From the human T2T-CHM13v2.0 reference genome, Homo sapiens: a stretch of DNA of 64,000 bases. The translations under genes were made by a program, and so were the position numbers. The notes under the pieces were generated by a model. It did no database searches and was not told where the DNA came from. It saw only the letters and a program-made list of their open reading frames with translations. Each line of letters starts with the position of its first letter. The stretch's first letter is position 1. The stretch is from NCBI GenBank assembly GCA_009914755.4, contig CP068257.2:2752001-2816000 (forward strand), read 5' to 3'. Shown here in pieces: positions 61,441 to 64,000 of this stretch.

Positions 61441-62689
61441 TGGAATTCTCCTGTTGCGGGATTCAGGAGGACGAGACAGACCTCAGGTTGAAACAGGAGA
61501 ATCTTTATTGAGTGCACTCAGGACCAGCTGACTCACGTCAAAAAGACCGGGCCCGGAACACAGACAACACCTGACTTTTATACACACTTCACAAAAGGGG
61601 GTGGGCTAGCTTGAAGCGAGCTTACAGTGGCGTGAAAGCAGGAATACAGAGGCAGGACAAAGACAGGATTGCACATGACCGTTGCCAAGCAACCCACATG
61701 TCCATTATCTAGGTTTCCCTGGGCATGGGCTTATCCTATAACCCTCACTATGGTTCCCAAACAGCTGTAGTTCAGCCTACTCAGGCTTCTCATGACTTTC
61801 ATTGTACTTCTTCGATAAAACACAATACTTGAAGTCACTAGTTACAGAGAACAAGAATCTATAAACTCATTCCATAAAACAAAGGGAATTTGTTTTTCTT
61901 TTCCCTGTGTTGGGGGAGTGTTGGGAGAACCTCCAGAGCACATTACATAATATTATCAAGAATTTTCCTGGGTCTGGGCTGTGCCTATTGCTGCCTCTGG
62001 GACAAATCAGCCTAATACAAGAAAACTTATTTCTCTTTCCTTTTAATTTCATTTTTCTTTAATTTCCTTCCTTAGTCCTGCAGCCCTGTGACCAAAGGAC
62101 TGGGAGTGCACAGTTACACATCTGTTCACTTGTCATGAGACTGTTTTCCTTTAACCCCATGAACATACTTACCATAGCTTCTTTCAAATCTTACCTACCG
62201 ATTACAGCATCTTGCACATCTTGAGAATAGGTTCTATTGTCTGCTTTTTATCTTGTGAATCGATTACATTTTCATCCTTCTTCACGCATCTCATAAATTT
62301 TTAAATTGTGTGATAGGAATTACAGGGACTCTGGCTTCTGTTGTATTTCTTTGAAAATTATTATTTTATGAGGGAGTTAATTTGAATAGATGCAAACCCC
62401 AATCCTTATCTCTTCTACAGTGGCAATACTAAAATCTTCATTCAGTTCTTCTAAACAGTGTGCGTTTCTATATAGCAAAATATAGTATTTTATTAAACTT
62501 TATTATAGTATCTGTGAAACAGTTATTGAACAATCTACTCTACTTCATTATTACTGGAAGCCAGAACCTCAGTTGTGTTCACTTTCTGGATTTTATATAA
62601 GTGAAATTGTACAACATGTATACTTTTACATCTACTTTCTTCTATGCAACTTTATATTTATGATATTAATTCATCCTATTGCAGATAGC

Positions 62690-64000
62690 TATAGTTTGTT
62701 TATTTAAAAAATATTTTTTATATTGTGGCAAAGTATACATAAAATTAACCATTTTAGCTATTTTAAGTGTGCAGCTCAGAAAAATTAACTACACTCACAT
62801 TGTTTTGCAACTATTATTCTCATTCATAGGGACCTTCTTTCAACTTCCAAAACCAAAATTTAATGCACATTAAATAACAGCTCCCTGTTACTCCCCCTCC
62901 AGCTCCTACGAACCACTCTTCTACTTGGATTTCTAGAATTTAACTACTCTAAGTATCTCATAAGTGGAATGATACAGTATTTGTCCTTTTATGACTGGCT
63001 CATGTCACTTTGCACAATGTCCTTAAGGTTCATGCATAACGTACCATGTGTCAGAATTTTCTTATTTTACATAACTGAATAACGTTCCAATATATGCATA
63101 AATCACATTTTATTTATTTATTCATTGATGATAATTCAAACAACACGGGTAATTCAAAAACCTTTTGGGTGATGTGAGTAATGCTGCCATCAGCCTAGGT
63201 GTACGTGTATTATTTTGTGTCTTTGCTTTCACATCTTTTGCTACATACCCAGATGTGAAATTGTGGGATCATATGGTGACTTTAGGTGTACATTTTTTAC
63301 TTATTATACTGTTATTTTATAGCAGCTGCAGCATTTTACATTTCCAACAACAGTGTACAAGGGTTCTAATTGCTCCACGTCCTCACCAACACTTGTGATT
63401 TTCTGTTTTGTTTTGTTTCTTTTGGTAGTAACTATGCTGATGTGTATTAAGTGATATATCATTTGGAGTTATATTTGCATTTTACTAATGATTAGTTTTG
63501 TTGAGCACCTTTTCACGGACTTATTAGCCATTTCACATAATTTTTAAAGAAATGTCTGTTTAAGTATTTTGCCCATATTTTAAATAAGTATTTTGTTTTA
63601 TTATTGCTGAATTGTTCTTTGTATATTCTGGATAGAGTCCTCTTTATTTTTCTTTTGTTTCTTGCATTTTTTGTGTCCTGTTAAAAAAAATCACTGCGAA
63701 ATCCAGCGTTATGACATGTTTTACCTACATTTTATACTAAGAATTTTGTAGTTTTAGCTCTTACATTTAGGTTTTTGTCGAGTTAGTTAATTTTTTCTTA
63801 TGGTATAAGTTAAGGGAACAGTTTCACTCTTTTACATGTAGGTACCCAATTTCCCCAGCACTAACTGTTGTAAAGGCAGTTCATTTCCCATAAAAATCAT
63901 TTGACCATATATATGAGGGTTTATTTATATTGGCTTTCTATATTACTCCATTAGTCTATTTGTAGCATGCTATTTTGGGATTTTGTAGTAAGTTTTGAAA
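62690..64000 (+). mobile_element. Ancient L1 (L1M-like) 3' region: the ORF2 C-terminal segment and 3' UTR. It continues off the window end.
   Basis: ggcaaagtatacataaaattaaccattttagctattttaagtgtgcag, ..ctgaataacgttccaatatatgcata.. and gtgggatcatatggtgacttt..gcagctgcagcattttacatttccaacaacagtgtacaagggttctaattgctccacgtcctcaccaacacttgtgattt match the conserved L1M 3' end. This is from memory. Confidence 0.7.

Overview
This window is primate, almost certainly human, pericentromeric or acrocentric-type DNA. It is not a prokaryotic locus, so no defence or operon-type system can be present. Its structure is four distinct tandem-repeat families with transposable elements and retrocopies between them.

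(1) Positions 1-10150 are a 48-bp satellite array with a local 720-bp (15-mer) higher-order periodicity, consistent with the CER satellite. (2) A 217-bp GC-rich tandem array of about 11 units (33893-36296) sits at a single point inside an older L1. (3) A complex 61-70 bp satellite (41450-43760 and 45185-53690) is organised into macro-units, each a roughly 450-700 bp head plus a variable monomer run, with two orientation flips. (4) A 139-bp tandem array of about 22 units (58300-61440) has a local dimeric higher-order structure.

Between the arrays lie several elements. Two rearranged copies of a gamma-like ERV (pol-env) lie in mutually inverted orientation. A full-length young L1PA (16186-22250) has an intact ORF1 and a disrupted ORF2. 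A twin-primed L1 insertion is flanked by a clear target-site duplication. Several Alus are present, including an Alu-in-Alu insertion. A processed pseudogene of CTBP2 and fragments of two unidentified retrocopies are also present. A 235-bp-arm inverted repeat flanks a GC-rich spacer directly beyond the satellite edge.

The many long ORFs in the supplied track inside satellites are periodicity artefacts. No protein-coding gene other than L1 ORF1 is supported. The most unusual items are the unclassified tandem arrays and the palindromic or inverted architecture, which fits segmental-duplication-rich pericentromeric sequence. Naming the satellite families needs a Dfam/RepeatMasker search that I cannot run.
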